A stretch of 64,000 nucleotides of DNA from Iphione sp. A-MEVVRFRX5. Its lineage: Eukaryota. A program made the translations under genes and the position numbers. Each line of letters opens with the position of its first letter. Position 1 is the first letter of the stretch. The DNA lies in contig OZ320316.1 in NCBI GenBank assembly GCA_976226885.1, positions 78,244,001 to 78,308,000 on the forward strand. The letters run 5' to 3'. Positions 51,201 through 61,773 of the stretch are shown here, one piece after another. The notes beneath the pieces were generated by a model. It worked only from the letters and a program-made list of their open reading frames with translations, did not search any database and had not been told where the DNA came from.

Positions 51201-52446
51201 ATCAGGACAATATCTCTCCTAGCTCAGGGTAAATATAAATGATAATACAGCAATATTATGTGTGCTCAAAAACCAAATGGTGCATATACTCGTTTCATTA
51301 TTCTTAGTATGATACCATGCATTGATATTGCACGAAAGTAGCCATATGGTACACTCCCCCTCCTGGAACCATTTCTCCTGCGACTATTTTTTCCGGGACC
51401 TTCTTCCAACGCAGTTATATCTACGACCTTGCCGACTGCTAATTAGCATGTTTGGCAGTACGAATCTGGCCCTTTGTTCAGAACTTGATACGTTGGCCAT
51501 TTATTCCTACTGTGTAATTATTTTAACTGAAATTGAATGGTTATTACCAGCGACATTAACCATTTGCATTTATATTGTCATCTGACATCCTTAGCCACCC
51601 ATTTACAAGTATAAATTGGTTGTGACTCTTTTAAATTATATCTTCAAGTCATCCGACATGATTAATCTAATAGTATGTATATATATCGTCGTTATACACA
51701 AACACAAGTTCAGAATATAATCACTAAGCCACACCTACTTGCGCTACTGCATCTAGCGGCACCGTCAGACTCTCATAACTGCATGAGTGTTGTCTTTCAG
51801 TTGGAATTTACCGTTTGTACATACAATCCAAGTGACATGCTGCAAAAGCTCCTTTCAGTAGGCCTATTAGTCCCTGTACTCCTAACGATGCGCGTGACCT
51901 TGTTATAATACATGTAAGAAGGAAGATCCAGTAGACATTAGGAAAGAGGCCTGGTTACCACACAAAGATTGCCCAACGCTTCTGCTCGTTAAATTTGGTT
52001 CATTCCAACTGACTGACTCATGCGCTTATGACAGGTGCGATGGCCGCCCTAGCCCTTGGTATGATCTTGCTTGGCATTCTGTCCGGCACGGGACTGGCGT
52101 ATTGGTTCTTCTTCATAAGGACGTGATCTTTCCATCACAGGTAGGACCGCTAGTGGGGTAAAATATAGCATGAATTACACAGTTAACTGCACTCTGTCAC
52201 TTCTGCGCAGCAGCGCAAGGAGCAGTAGTAGAAAGTCCTTCCCATCAAATGTCATAGTGGCATCCAATTGTTATATTTATCTATTTAATTTCAGGGGCAA
52301 TGGCTGCCGTCGCTATTGCTATGATAATCCTCGGTCTCATCATTGGTGTGGCAGTGGTCTTTGTCATAGGTTTCCTGACTGGTAAGAAGATGCCCATCAT
52401 ACCTGCCAGGGCTTCTCCTGGCTTTGCCCCTCAACGTTTTGATTAG
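33234..52446 (+). CDS. Multi-exon gene: secreted type-I membrane protein with two tandem ependymin/EPDR (LolA-fold)-like repeats, SEA-like segment and alternative TM exons
   Basis: 14 shared exons (1834 nt) plus TM exon A (92 nt) or B (152 nt); all introns GT-AG, all phases match, no internal stops; 641 or 661 aa. EPDR-like motifs YD...VRFDY, HDFNTGVAYVIDKELGNC, YIGQRIVRGIKCDTW, FQVPRGIYC. Confidence 0.88.
33886..33977 (+). CDS. Exon 2 (signal peptide core VLFLSFLAAATA-QWNPQVC)
   Basis: cacag acceptor, G|GTATAG donor, phase 2 to 1; hydrophobic stretch ending in A-T-A. Confidence 0.88.
35368..35571 (+). CDS. Exon 3 (PMPPAVPRSWHSKVEI...YVAFIME)
   Basis: ctcctttag acceptor, A|GTACGT donor, phase 1 to 1. 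Confidence 0.9.
35945..36700. repeat. TG/TA-rich low-complexity degenerate repeat in intron 3
   Basis: Repeating gtgtatagatgt/gtatgtgtc words; explains ORFs 36232-36525 and 36244-36474. Confidence 0.9.
37856..38032. mobile_element. MITE (TA TSD), same family as 26073-26250
   Basis: ta-cagttgagtctctatttatgacc ... ggtcgtaaatagagattccactg-ta. Confidence 0.88.
38750..38774. repeat. (GATA)n microsatellite
   Basis: Six GATA units. Confidence 0.95.
39126..39883. mobile_element. TA-flanked TIR element carrying an 84-bp CpG-rich tandem repeat
   Basis: ta-cagagaagactccaattccgaac ... gttcggttttggaattctctctg-ta; internal units start at 39309, 39393, 39477; 46-bp direct duplication at 39598 and 39696. 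Confidence 0.8.
39987..40220 (+). CDS. Exon 4 (SDCNVRPI...QYMGDKEVRGIASRQW...YWDFS)
   Basis: ttcctcag acceptor, A|GTACGT donor, phase 1 to 1. Confidence 0.92.
40423..40586 (+). CDS. Exon 5 (PSKSF...VPLRV...FSFVDFR...RFQ)
   Basis: ttttttccatgtcattag acceptor, CAG|GTGGGT donor, phase 1 to 0. Confidence 0.88.
40858..40980 (+). CDS. Exon 6 (VPRGIYC...VSSFMS)
   Basis: tttccag acceptor, GTAAGT donor, 123 nt, phase 0 to 0. Confidence 0.9.
42205..42420. repeat. Degenerate ~32-bp minisatellite
   Basis: Periodic atttttggccgaatttt/ccatgtaattt motifs resembling 25590 and 27270. Confidence 0.7.
42653..42830. mobile_element. MITE (CAGTAGC termini); inverted near-copy of 54959-55140
   Basis: cagtagcgacctgcataa ... 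gtcgagttgctactg-ta; its reverse complement aligns end to end with 54959-55140. Confidence 0.9.
45229..45405. mobile_element. MITE (TA TSD, CAGTCGAAA termini)
   Basis: ta-cagtcgaaagcctatttgcaacc ... gatcacaaataagtttcgacta-ta. Confidence 0.75.
45730..45905. mobile_element. MITE (CAGTAGCAACTC termini)
   Basis: ta-cagtagcaactc ... gagctgctactg; internal gggcaactc repeats. Confidence 0.75.
46628..46733 (+). CDS. Exon 7 (EWYDYQWKLVRFDY...HDFNT)
   Basis: ttttag acceptor, G|GTGAGA donor, phase 0 to 1. Confidence 0.92.
46872..47035 (+). CDS. Exon 8 (GVAYVIDKELGNC...YTYIGQ)
   Basis: aattag acceptor, CAG|GTATGG donor, phase 1 to 0. Confidence 0.92.
47742..47837 (+). CDS. Exon 9 (RIVRGIKCDTW...YEWHFAS)
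   Basis: gttccag acceptor, GTAAGT donor, phase 0 to 0. Confidence 0.92.
48267..48344 (+). CDS. Exon 10 (SEWADG...GAPVMLETIIQE)
   Basis: tttccgcag acceptor, GAG|GTGAGT donor, phase 0 to 0. Confidence 0.9.
48935..49058 (+). CDS. Exon 11 (YEFPSIYHVFDY...KCY...FDLA)
   Basis: cctgtag acceptor, G|GTAAGT donor, phase 0 to 1. Confidence 0.88.
49710..49860. mobile_element. Short TIR element (CAGGCCCGT termini) with apparent 5-bp TSD TATTG
   Basis: tattg-caggcccgtgaccagg ... ccttggctacgggcctg-tattg. Confidence 0.75.
50154..50266 (+). CDS. Exon 12 (GPYSRI...GISPLRVNDIQ; SEA-like)
   Basis: ctcctcag acceptor, CAG|GTAAGT donor, phase 1 to 0. Confidence 0.9.
50469..50651 (+). CDS. Exon 13 (VSSE...IQFNLLDVAPVKG...KPDDTT)
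   Basis: atttccag acceptor, GTGAGC donor, phase 0 to 0. Confidence 0.9.
50957..51053 (+). CDS. Exon 14 (TLELPAIPGSL...TGYSS)
   Basis: tcatttcag acceptor, G|GTGAGT donor, phase 0 to 1. Confidence 0.88.
52035..52126 (+). CDS. Alternative TM exon A (GAMAALALGMILLGILSGTGLAYWFFFIRT*)
   Basis: atgacag acceptor, phase 1, hydrophobic helix, TGA at 52124-26; CAG|GTAGGA donor 14 nt after the stop. Confidence 0.78.
52295..52446 (+). CDS. Alternative TM exon B (GAMAAVAIAMIILGLIIGVAVVFVIGFLTGKK...PGFAPQRFD*)
   Basis: tttaatttcag acceptor, phase 1, hydrophobic helix followed by KK, TAG at 52444-46; AATAAA at 52991. Confidence 0.85.
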
Positions 52447-53402
52447 GTAGCTCCACACAATGTTCTTCAGTCAGCAAAGGGCGATGTAGAGGTTTCTTCT
52501 CTACAGCGAATATTGTTAACACAAGTCATCACTGAGTTATTTCAATCGAAGATTTCTTCAGCAAAAACATCTTGAATGATCAGTGAAACAGTTTATGTAT
52601 ATATATATTCAGCTACAATTCATCGGTCACGTTTTTGAGTGGCAGGTGAGTCTAGCCAACCACCGTGCATTCGCTGAAAAGTGTAGGGGTTTGAACCATA
52701 GACAAACAAATCTGTCTAGCATTGGACTCAATGGGAAGTTAAAATTCTGTCTTAGTATTATAGGTTTGTCTTTTGTATGCATAAAAGGACATATTGATAA
52801 TAATTCAAATCAACTTTGGTATTTTTCCAATTCATAGTTCTCAAGTTACAAGGGCTCAAAGTTTAGTGTTTTAGCATTGCAAAGGCCTAGGGAGGCTGCA
52901 GGATGTCAATGCCGAAAGCACGTCAGAGACTCTCCTGCGTGGGAGGAGTTATCTGCCCCAAAGCAATCGGTGAATTAGAATTACTTGTGCAATAAAAGCT
53001 TTTGGTTTTTAACCAAGAGTTGAATTAAATCCTCGCTAAAATGTGCAATGTTAGAAAGTAATTCACATAATCGTGCATTGAAATATTTATCATAGTATTT
53101 CGCCGTGTGGCTGCTGCCATGATCCGTTTGTGTCATTGTAAGAGATGTACACTTTAGCAGGCATTATTTCGATCTATTTCTAAGATCAGAAATAAATTAT
53201 AGCCATCGAATATCTAGTGGCGCAAACACTTGCCAAAAAATACGTTTATCTCGATTATATTGTCATCACTGTCGTGTTTAATCAATGTATGCCGAAAATG
53301 TACAGGTAAGCAGCCATCATTGTTAATAGGTACTGCTTTTGCTGCATTCAATAAATTTATATTTCAAATAATACTAGTGGAATTTAAGTTATTTATGGAA
53401 AA

Positions 53403-53738
53403 TCACAAACTTGCTGAGAGCCGACGTGTGAGTGACTGCTGCCTATTATATTCCTTTAAGAAGCTGAAAGCATTAGTCATCTCGACGGAAACAGGATAAC
53501 TCGATTTGTCTGAACCATCATCATGTAGTGTCAGAGAGACGAGGTAAATCAGCCTTATGGCAATGTGACGAATCCAGCATGCATGATGCCGTACATAGCA
53601 CACTTTCGTAGTCCCATTAGAAAAGACGGATTTCGTAATTAGACAACACCTCTTAAATTAATCCTGGCGCCTAGGAAATGCCATATCCTTTTCTGGTATT
53701 AGATCACTTACCATCAGGTTTCGATGTATCTGGCAGTT
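53403..53738 (-). CDS. Candidate last two exons (53712-53738, 53403-53509) of an unidentified convergent gene
   Basis: G|GTAAGT donor and ttcag acceptor with matching phase 1; peptide ELPDTSKPDDKSSYPVSVEMTNAFSFLKEYNRQQSLTRRLSASL*. No homology recognised. Confidence 0.3.
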
Positions 53739-54310
53739 CTACATATATTACATATATCAAGGGAAAGCTATTCTAGTGAAACGCTGAGTCTGCAGCAGAA
53801 TTTCTCAGTGAAGAAAGTAACACGCTCGTACTTGAATATCAATAAAGTTAGAATAGCTACCAAAGAGACCTTCTCTGTTTACACCGTCAGGAAACGGTTG
53901 CTTAGCAAAATTACGATGGGAGGGGGGGGGACGCCTTTGAAAGAGATATTGGAGTGGCCACGTTCCATATTTCGATGCAAAAGAGAAGCATGCGAGCAGT
54001 TAAGAAGCCGTCCTTATAACAGCGAGCAATTTTGATCAGTAATCCTTTTTGTTCAAGTGTGGCAGACTCATACATATTTAATGTGATAGTTACTGGACTA
54101 CATAGCCTGCAGTAACAATGGCTCTGGGGCAAGTTTGGCTGACTGAAGGACACGAAAACCACGCTACAACAGAAACACACTCGGTCTTCTTTGCACAATC
54201 TGTTCTGTTGTCGAGTGTCAAACTGTGTGCTTTTTAGAATTAGTTTTGCGCGTTGGAAGTTTACACCAAGTAATGAACAGATACCCAGTCATACAGACTA
54301 GAATTTATTA

Positions 54311-54932
54311 CAGTCCACTCTCTCAATTCCGGACACCCTTCGTTCTACTTCAAACCGTCCGCATTTGAGATGCGTCCGCATTGGAGATCAGACCAGGTGG
54401 GGTCAATTTTGTAGGGGGTCTGAGATGGAAGCAATATCCCTTTCTCCCTCTCTCTCTAGTAACATGTGTATACTCTCTAAATCGTCCAAAAGTGCTGAAT
54501 TTGATGACACTAAGTCCAAAAAGTGCTGAATTTGATGACTTAAAGTCTGAAAAGTGCTGAATTTGATGACTAAAAGAGGTGTAAGATACAGTCCCTCCAG
54601 GGTGTGAGAGACATCAGAGAGGTCGCCCTTGACACTCCATACCTGTCAATTTGGTTAGGGTTGCACGACAGTAGCTAAATCAAAGCAACAGCTACTCTTT
54701 GATGGGTGTCGGGGGGTTCGCAGGCCCCCGTATGCTGTAATTTAGTGTCAAGGTGAGAAAAATTTGGTACTGACTGCCGTCCGCAGGTAGGCGTCCCCAG
54801 AATTTTGCTGTCCGCATTCAAGACGTTAGCTTATAATGGTTAACTATAGGAACTCAGTCGGTTCTGCGTCAAATTGTCTGCATTGTAGACATGTCCGCTT
54901 CCGAGACACATCCGCAGGCAGGTAGTGTACTG
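54311..54932. mobile_element. TA-flanked TIR element with internal ~31-bp triplication
   Basis: ta-cagtccactc ... tagtgtactg-ta; repeated gtccgca words near both ends; aaaagtgctgaatttgatgac three times at ~54486-54570. Confidence 0.7.
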
Positions 54933-54958
54933 TATTATCTTAGAGAATCAACATTATA

Positions 54959-55140
54959 CAGTAGCAACTCGACAATGCAACCACTTGTGGGACCCCTCAG
55001 ATTTGCCTACATCTGAGAGGTGGTCTCTTTTCTGAACAATTAAAATATACAGACACCATCATTGGGACCAAGCAAATATGCCCTTTAATATGCATGGGTT
55101 GCCCATCTAGTCAAGTTGCCCGTTATGCAGGTCGCTACTG
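54959..55140. mobile_element. MITE (TA TSD, CAGTAGC termini)
   Basis: ta-cagtagcaactcgac ... gcaggtcgctactg-ta; inverted copy at 42653-42830. Confidence 0.92.
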
Positions 55141-55669
55141 TAGTTCAAATGTATACATATATACAGTGTCTTGCAGTGCGTGATATTGCTTGTTGTCTGT
55201 AACTTTGCAGTCTTGATATGTGTCCTGTATACTCCATTTTTGCTGTGTGTCTTTTCCCATTCCAAATTATGTGCCTTAATCGTATAATGTGTGATCATCC
55301 ATCATATGACATTGCTTCAAATCATTGTGTCCATCTGTCACTTTTGGGCTTTGTACTCTTAATTAAGCACTACCTCCATGTATGCAAACCTTCCGCGTCC
55401 GCCACTCTGTGTGTGGACAACAGAAGGACCACTCCCAGCCGTTAAAATACAATTATCCCCATGTGCACAGACAACCCATACCCGCCACCTCATCTGTGTG
55501 GTCTGATTGCTCATGGTCAAGTTCACCTGTACCCTGCCACCTTGTGCGGGCTGGGATAGGCCTGTAGCCAAGTAGTTACTTCCAAGATTTCTACATATAT
55601 ATACATACATTTACATATACATATACTTCCAAGATTTCTACATGTACACATGAATAGAGATAGTCACCA

Positions 55670-55812
55670 CATTTGGACGAAAAATGGCAAAACTGAAGCA
55701 AATCTGGTCGAAAAACAGCAAAAACTGAGGCAAATCGGCCAAAAAGTGGCAAAAACCTAGGCAAATTTGGCCAAAAAACAGCAAATCTGAGGCAAATCTG
55801 GCTGAAAAATGC
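55670..55812. repeat. Degenerate ~32-bp minisatellite
   Basis: Periodic gcaaaaactgaggcaaat(c/t)(t)ggcc; reverse complement resembles the 27270-27430 array. Confidence 0.8.
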
Positions 55813-56599
55813 CAATACAAACAGTGTGTAGAACCCATGTACATGGGGATAAGCCGTGTGTCAGGTGGTGGGAGGTCTGGGCAGGCTGCAACACATAGGT
55901 AGCCAACGTATAGTTCACATGCATGAGAATAATGCTTTAATTAGCCACCTGCCTTTTCTTTCAGCCACAGGGCATGTGTCTACCCGTCAACCATTGCCCA
56001 TGTGCCTATACTCCTATGTCAATTGCCATACTCAAACTCTTCTGTCAAAGTTTATGAACATACCCCTCAACCATTGGCCATGGTAAATGATCCTGGTTAA
56101 AGCCTACTCTTCAGCTATTAGCCATGTGCCTATCCTTATCTACTGACTTCATCTAAACTACAGAGTTTCTGGCCATCTGTCGAGCCCGTATCTGTAATAA
56201 GGACACAAATTACTGAGTCATGAGGCAATTCTGTGGTGATATGACATCATTATGACTTGGTATCATGAAAGGAAACTTATTTGGGGCATCTGTACTGATT
56301 GCATATGTTTTCCAATGGAATAAGATGATTTTAACTACCAGCTTTTAATATTTGAATTTTGAATTTTATTGGGCAAATAATATCATCTCAGAATTGAATG
56401 TTTTTAATCGATCACCTTTGATTTTCAGGAAAAAGTATTTCTTTAATTCGTGACTCATGCTTAGCCCAGAATTATCTGCTTAATTTTCTGCTTAAAGTGA
56501 GGCTTCTTCAATGTTCTTGCTATAGCGCTGAGAGAATTCATCTTGCAAGCACCTCGATAGTGATAACCACGTCGATACATGCTACAGGTTGACTTCGTT

Positions 56600-57450
56600 C
56601 GTTCGAAATATGGAGCCGTGCCTTCCCAAATGACACTTCATCATCTCGATCTGAATGATTCCAGAGAAGACAAATCATGCATACATAAAATATAGTTGGT
56701 TATCCATTAATCCGGTAGGAGTAGGCCTCATCGTATCTTCGTGCATCGCATGGCTACCCAACTAGGCATTTCTAGCTGATCTAATGAAGCACTTACACAA
56801 TTTCTAGCAGACATTTATTGGCTTCTCCCTCGAAAACTAGATCATAGTATGTGCATGATAGAACACAAGCATTCAAAACCAACAGGCAAGAGTTTAAATC
56901 TAGGCAGTTTTCGCCCTGTTTAACAGAAATACAATGGCATTAATCTTCCTGATTTTTTTCTCAATTGACTGGCTGAACAACAGTTTTTCAACTAGAGTAA
57001 AACAGAGGAACTTAAATGCAGTCATCTTTTCAGTTGGTAAGTGATCCATCTCCAGATCCAAAGCAAACGGAACGTTAGTGAGAATGTCGCTAAAATACAA
57101 AGTTTCGATCGGAACTCAACAAAACCAATGTCATTTATTAATATCAAAAAGAACCCGGGCCCCAAAATGGAGCCCCTGTGGAACCCTGTAGTACACCGCT
57201 CGTAATCCAGAGGTTGCTCCATTACATCGTACTGCTTGCTTCCTATTTGAAAAATATATGCTCTAGTCATTCTAACACCACACTGCAGAACTCTAGCTGC
57301 TTTAATTTAATCAACAATAGGGAGTGATCTACCAAATCAAATGCTTTGGACATACAAGGATCAAGGAAGGCACAAGCTACGTACCTTCCTTGATTGATGT
57401 CCACGTACAACTCCTTTAGTAAAGAATCACAGGCCGAGGACAAAGACCTG
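56600..57450 (-). mobile_element. Degenerate LINE RT fragment
   Basis: ACAFLD..SKAFDLVDHSLLLIKL, AYFSNRKQ, RGSILGP.FLILINDI with stops and frameshifts. Confidence 0.85.
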
Positions 57451-57479
57451 AGACATCGAAGCCTTGGTCGTCATCACAA

Positions 57480-57820
57480 TACCTTTCAGTTCCTCCGTTA
57501 AGGACTGACTAGAAGCCCACTGTCGCGATGCTCAACAAACGACTCATCTGCAAGTGTGGAGAGGTTTAAATCCACAGTGGCTAAGGCGCTATCCCCGTGT
57601 ACCCAGGTTGTGCCGACCTGGACTTGGGAGAGTGGACACCAGGTAGACAGCACCAGTGTATTTAAATGTGACTGTCATCATGGACCTGACTTACAAGGAC
57701 CCACATGAGGGCCCATGGTGCAGATCGGATGATGGTCCAGTCTGTCTGCATGCAGAACTGGATTATGATGTGTGTATTGCTGAGAACTGAATAGAATAGA
57801 ATAGAACAGCATAGAATAGA
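57480..57820 (+). mobile_element. Short LINE 3' end with (GAATA)n tail
   Basis: ORF2-end-like SSVKD(W)..ASVERFKSTV, a 3'UTR and gaatagaatagaatagaa at ~57786-57820. Confidence 0.6.
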
Positions 57821-58029
57821 ATTTTGTTGAAAGTGAGGCATATTAGTAGAAATTGTGTCGATTTGTTGAAAGTGAGGCATATCAGTGGAAATTCTGCATT
57901 TTTATGCAAATGATATGCAAATTTTAGACAATTAATTTTATAGAATCTAACATATATTAGGTGTTCTTCTATTCATATATAGTGTGCATAACCCACGCAC
58001 ATAGGAGATAGACACCTGTTGCGTTTGAG

Positions 58030-58120
58030 TATGGACTTCCCAGAGTCCGGCCCTGGATGTGGGTTTTAACCCACGTATATGGACATACTGCCTTACCCTT
58101 CACTCAACAGTCTTACCACT
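58030..58120 (-). mobile_element. Possible decayed tRNA-derived SINE head
   Basis: Minus strand shows A-box-like tgagtgaagggtaaggc and B-box-like gtgggttaaaacccac. Confidence 0.25.
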
Positions 58121-58879
58121 GTTTGGAATAACATCCCAATCAGTCGAGTTCATTATTTGAGCTCGATTTTGACACTGAGTCAATCTCATGGTGCCTTGGT
58201 TCATTGGCCTGCTCACCGTCGATAACAGGGGTAACTGCGTAGTAGTATCGCGTTCACCCCTATTCGAGCATAGATTCCTCTCCCCTGCCTTTCAAAAATG
58301 GCATTCCTTTGTAGGAATAAGTTCCAACAGTGTTGATTTACTTTGCCTGGTCGTCATCTTCGAGGCAGTCGCCTTATTTCGTGAAGGTGGCCCCATTTTT
58401 AATCAATTTTCCATTACGCGCTCCTTTCATATATCCGCTCTACTCGGTAGACATGTACAGTTCCCATTTATAATTCTTAGGAACACATTTGTGGTTTACA
58501 CTGGGGGCTGATCAAAAATGTAGTCAACTGTTTACCACAATATTTCACATTAGCCACCACACATTTATCTATATAGTATGTGCATGTGTGTATACTTCGA
58601 CAAAAGTAATGCTGACAGGATGAAGAATGGTTAGCCAGGCGGATTGCTGTCGCGACAGCTTTGGGTCGGCTGTGGTGGGCGTGAATTCTGAAACATCACA
58701 TTGGAATGTGTGGTATTTATTATTGATGAGAAAGTATGTAGGTGAAAGGGTGACAGATTTCTGTCTGGTATAGTCTGCGTGAGTGCTAAGACTTCACAGT
58801 TGAGTGTGCGGTATGTGCATATATCCAGGTGAAAGGCTAGGCACGAAATATAGGAGCACATTGGCGAAATTCTTCCTTC

Positions 58880-59830
58880 ATATAGCAATGGCCTAACTGA
58901 ACAAAAATGCATTATACATGGGGCGCAACGTAAAACTCTGAAGGACGATCTATTGCTGCAACTGGATGGTGCGAAACATCACCAATCTTCCTTTACAGTG
59001 GACTGCACTTGGTACATAATATTGAGAAGTAAGGTGGACATGTGACATGCGATCTCTACGACCAGTTGGGAACTGCAGGCGGCTCTGGATTTATTGCTTT
59101 CACATAACCTGCAGATGTCTTAGTCAGCTTACAAATAAATATTGGACAGCGACAGCTGGAATGAGCTGCAAAGCAAGGACTGCCACAGGAGCCCTGCCCA
59201 AGCGCTCCCCAAACTGAAGTCTACTTGCCTATTGAATCCCGATTATGTGTACAACGTTTGCGCGGTGATACACACCAAATACCAGGATGCAGTAATGCTA
59301 ACTCCAACAATAACACGTCACAATACAACCAATTCGCTAAATTTTAGACGCCTGCCCAGCTAAATTTCATCACCGCTTATCAATGGAATTAATTCATTTT
59401 TCGCAACAGCTGGTTCAGTGCAAGTCCCATGACCGAGTCCTATTTCAATGAGATAGATCAAGGAATAAAGATGTTATAAGGGTATCAATATGATGGACCT
59501 TTAGCCTGGAAGGTGAGATTCTGAGTCTGTTGTGGTATTGAAAATCCATCTAGGACAAGTCCACTGTGATAAGTACATTTTGCAAACATGATACTGGCCC
59601 TTTGGTGTCTTGCGCCATAAAAACGTCCAACTCTCACCATCCCTGACTCGCACCGCTACTGATTTTAACCATAATTGGCCTTAAGAGAAAATAGGCCTTT
59701 CCAATGATTGATTATGGACAGACACATTTACTTCATACAAGATGGTATAACCGGTTGCTTACCTGTGTAAAAAGGTAAAGGAGCCCATATCTACTCACTT
59801 AAAGATATCAGCCTGTTACATATCCACCCA
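58880..59830 (+). mobile_element. Heavily decayed LINE ORF2 (EN to early RT)
   Basis: Faint collinear motifs CIIHG..RK, LDSDSWNEL, INSFFATAG, LPV*KGKG..YQPVT. Confidence 0.4.
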
Positions 59831-61773
59831 ACCTGCTGGTTTCCAGAATAATGACATTTCAGCACTTAAACTATTGACCAATTTGAAACTTACGAGCTAT
59901 GCACTTACATTGCATACTCTCATATTACAGACATCATTTCAATCCATGTTTTAGGCATGTCTTTCTAAGGCTTAATTTCCATGTAACCATATTTTCTGCA
60001 TGTATTTTTCATATATGGTTTTTATATTATTGCTACATATGGTCAACAGCTGCACCGTTTCTATATAGGTGTACCGTATACATTTGATATGATGCGGATC
60101 CATATTTCAGATCAGAACATAATTATCTCAATTTACACAAGGACAGGTAAAGTATTGTAGGGGAGTAAGAGGACAGGGTACATTTTGGTTGCACCACTAT
60201 ACCAGTAAGGGGTCATTGGCTACATTCCAGTGGCCCCACTGTACAGAACTAGGGTCACTGAATGCACTCTGGTGATACTGGTAGGACTGGTGTGATACCT
60301 GGCAGTAGCTATAGGGTCATCCACTGCAGTTCATTGAGACTGCCATTTTAGGTACCTATGTATCACAGCTGGGGGTCATTAAGTGTAGACTGGTGGGACC
60401 ACTGAAGTTACTTATACTTGGGGGGCTACCATATTAGGAGGTGCACTACTATAATAAGAGATGTTTGAGTATCCAGCAGTACCACATAAAATCACTTGAT
60501 ATGTGGGGGATATTTTGTATTATGCTGTTTTATCCTAATTGGTTAAGAACATTGTATCTGACTTTAATGGGGTAACTTTGTAACAGAAAGGTTCCATGGC
60601 TGTTTATAATTGGTTACACCTGCATTTGGTCACCATGTTCTCCTATTTTTAGCACTATGTGGGAATAAAACAGACTTGAAGCGGAACTCAGAGTTGATAG
60701 TTCTTTATTGAAGCCAAGCACGTATTACAGTATTGACAAGGTAGTAGTGTTCTGGTATGATAGTTTATTTGAACTTACATGAAAAAAGGACAGTTTATGC
60801 AAAAATTACACAAACAGCTCCACATATTGGCAGGTAATATACATGTACAAATAAGTGGAAATCGGACCTGACCCCCCCCCTCCTTCAAAAGAATCTGTTT
60901 CTGATAACATAAGGAAATATGAATAGGTTAGTAGGTCGGTGGGTTTCAGAAAAGCTAGAAAATACTTTACAATCCTGGCACCGTCATCTTAATGAGTTAT
61001 ATCATATGAAAGCTATCGATCGAAAGAACAAAATGGTGCATTGTGTAAGTCTCTAGCATCATTTGTTCTAAAGATATTTACAAAACAATAAACAATTACA
61101 AATTTCCATGGAGACAAAACTCACTGTCGATCGGGTTACCAGAAAGACAGATATTACTTGGGCCTTAACAGCACAGCTTCGGTACCCAGTGAAAGTGTCC
61201 CTATTTACGGAGTGTCCCCAATTCTAAGTGATAAATACACTATATGCTTGAAGTCAAATCTGCTCTACTTAAGGGGTAGCCCTTGTTATGATGTGGCTCT
61301 ATATCAAGATTGCACTGTATGTGGGTAAGGCCAGGTTTCCGTGTGTCCAGGTTTCAATTATGGCCCACATATATGTGTGACTGGAAAAAATGACATAAAA
61401 AGTACAAGGCCTATTCCATGAGTAGGGGTTTGCGGTCTTGCACGTGGAAGTCTCCATAGTTTGAAAATGAGCAATTTTTATTTTTCTCCAGACTCTGAAC
61501 CTACACAGATGAGTAGAATAGAGAAATGAGGGTCAGAAACACTGTCTTACATATTTCGGATGATGTCAAATATCTAATTTGCATATAATTTGAATAAAAA
61601 ATGCGGTTTCCACCAATATTCTTCAATTTCCACAAATATCCACACATTCTCCACTAATATGCTTCATATACTGTGAACTGTTCCTCAGATTGGCGCATAA
61701 AAAATACGGTAAAGCGTTCTAGAACATGAGTTTATATAATAAAATAAGGTCTGAAGTTAATGAAAGCATACAC

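Noticed and set aside
58860-58900. Gypsy integrase motif SNGLTE
   Set aside because: No flanking DDE motifs; downstream sequence fits a decayed LINE ORF2 better.
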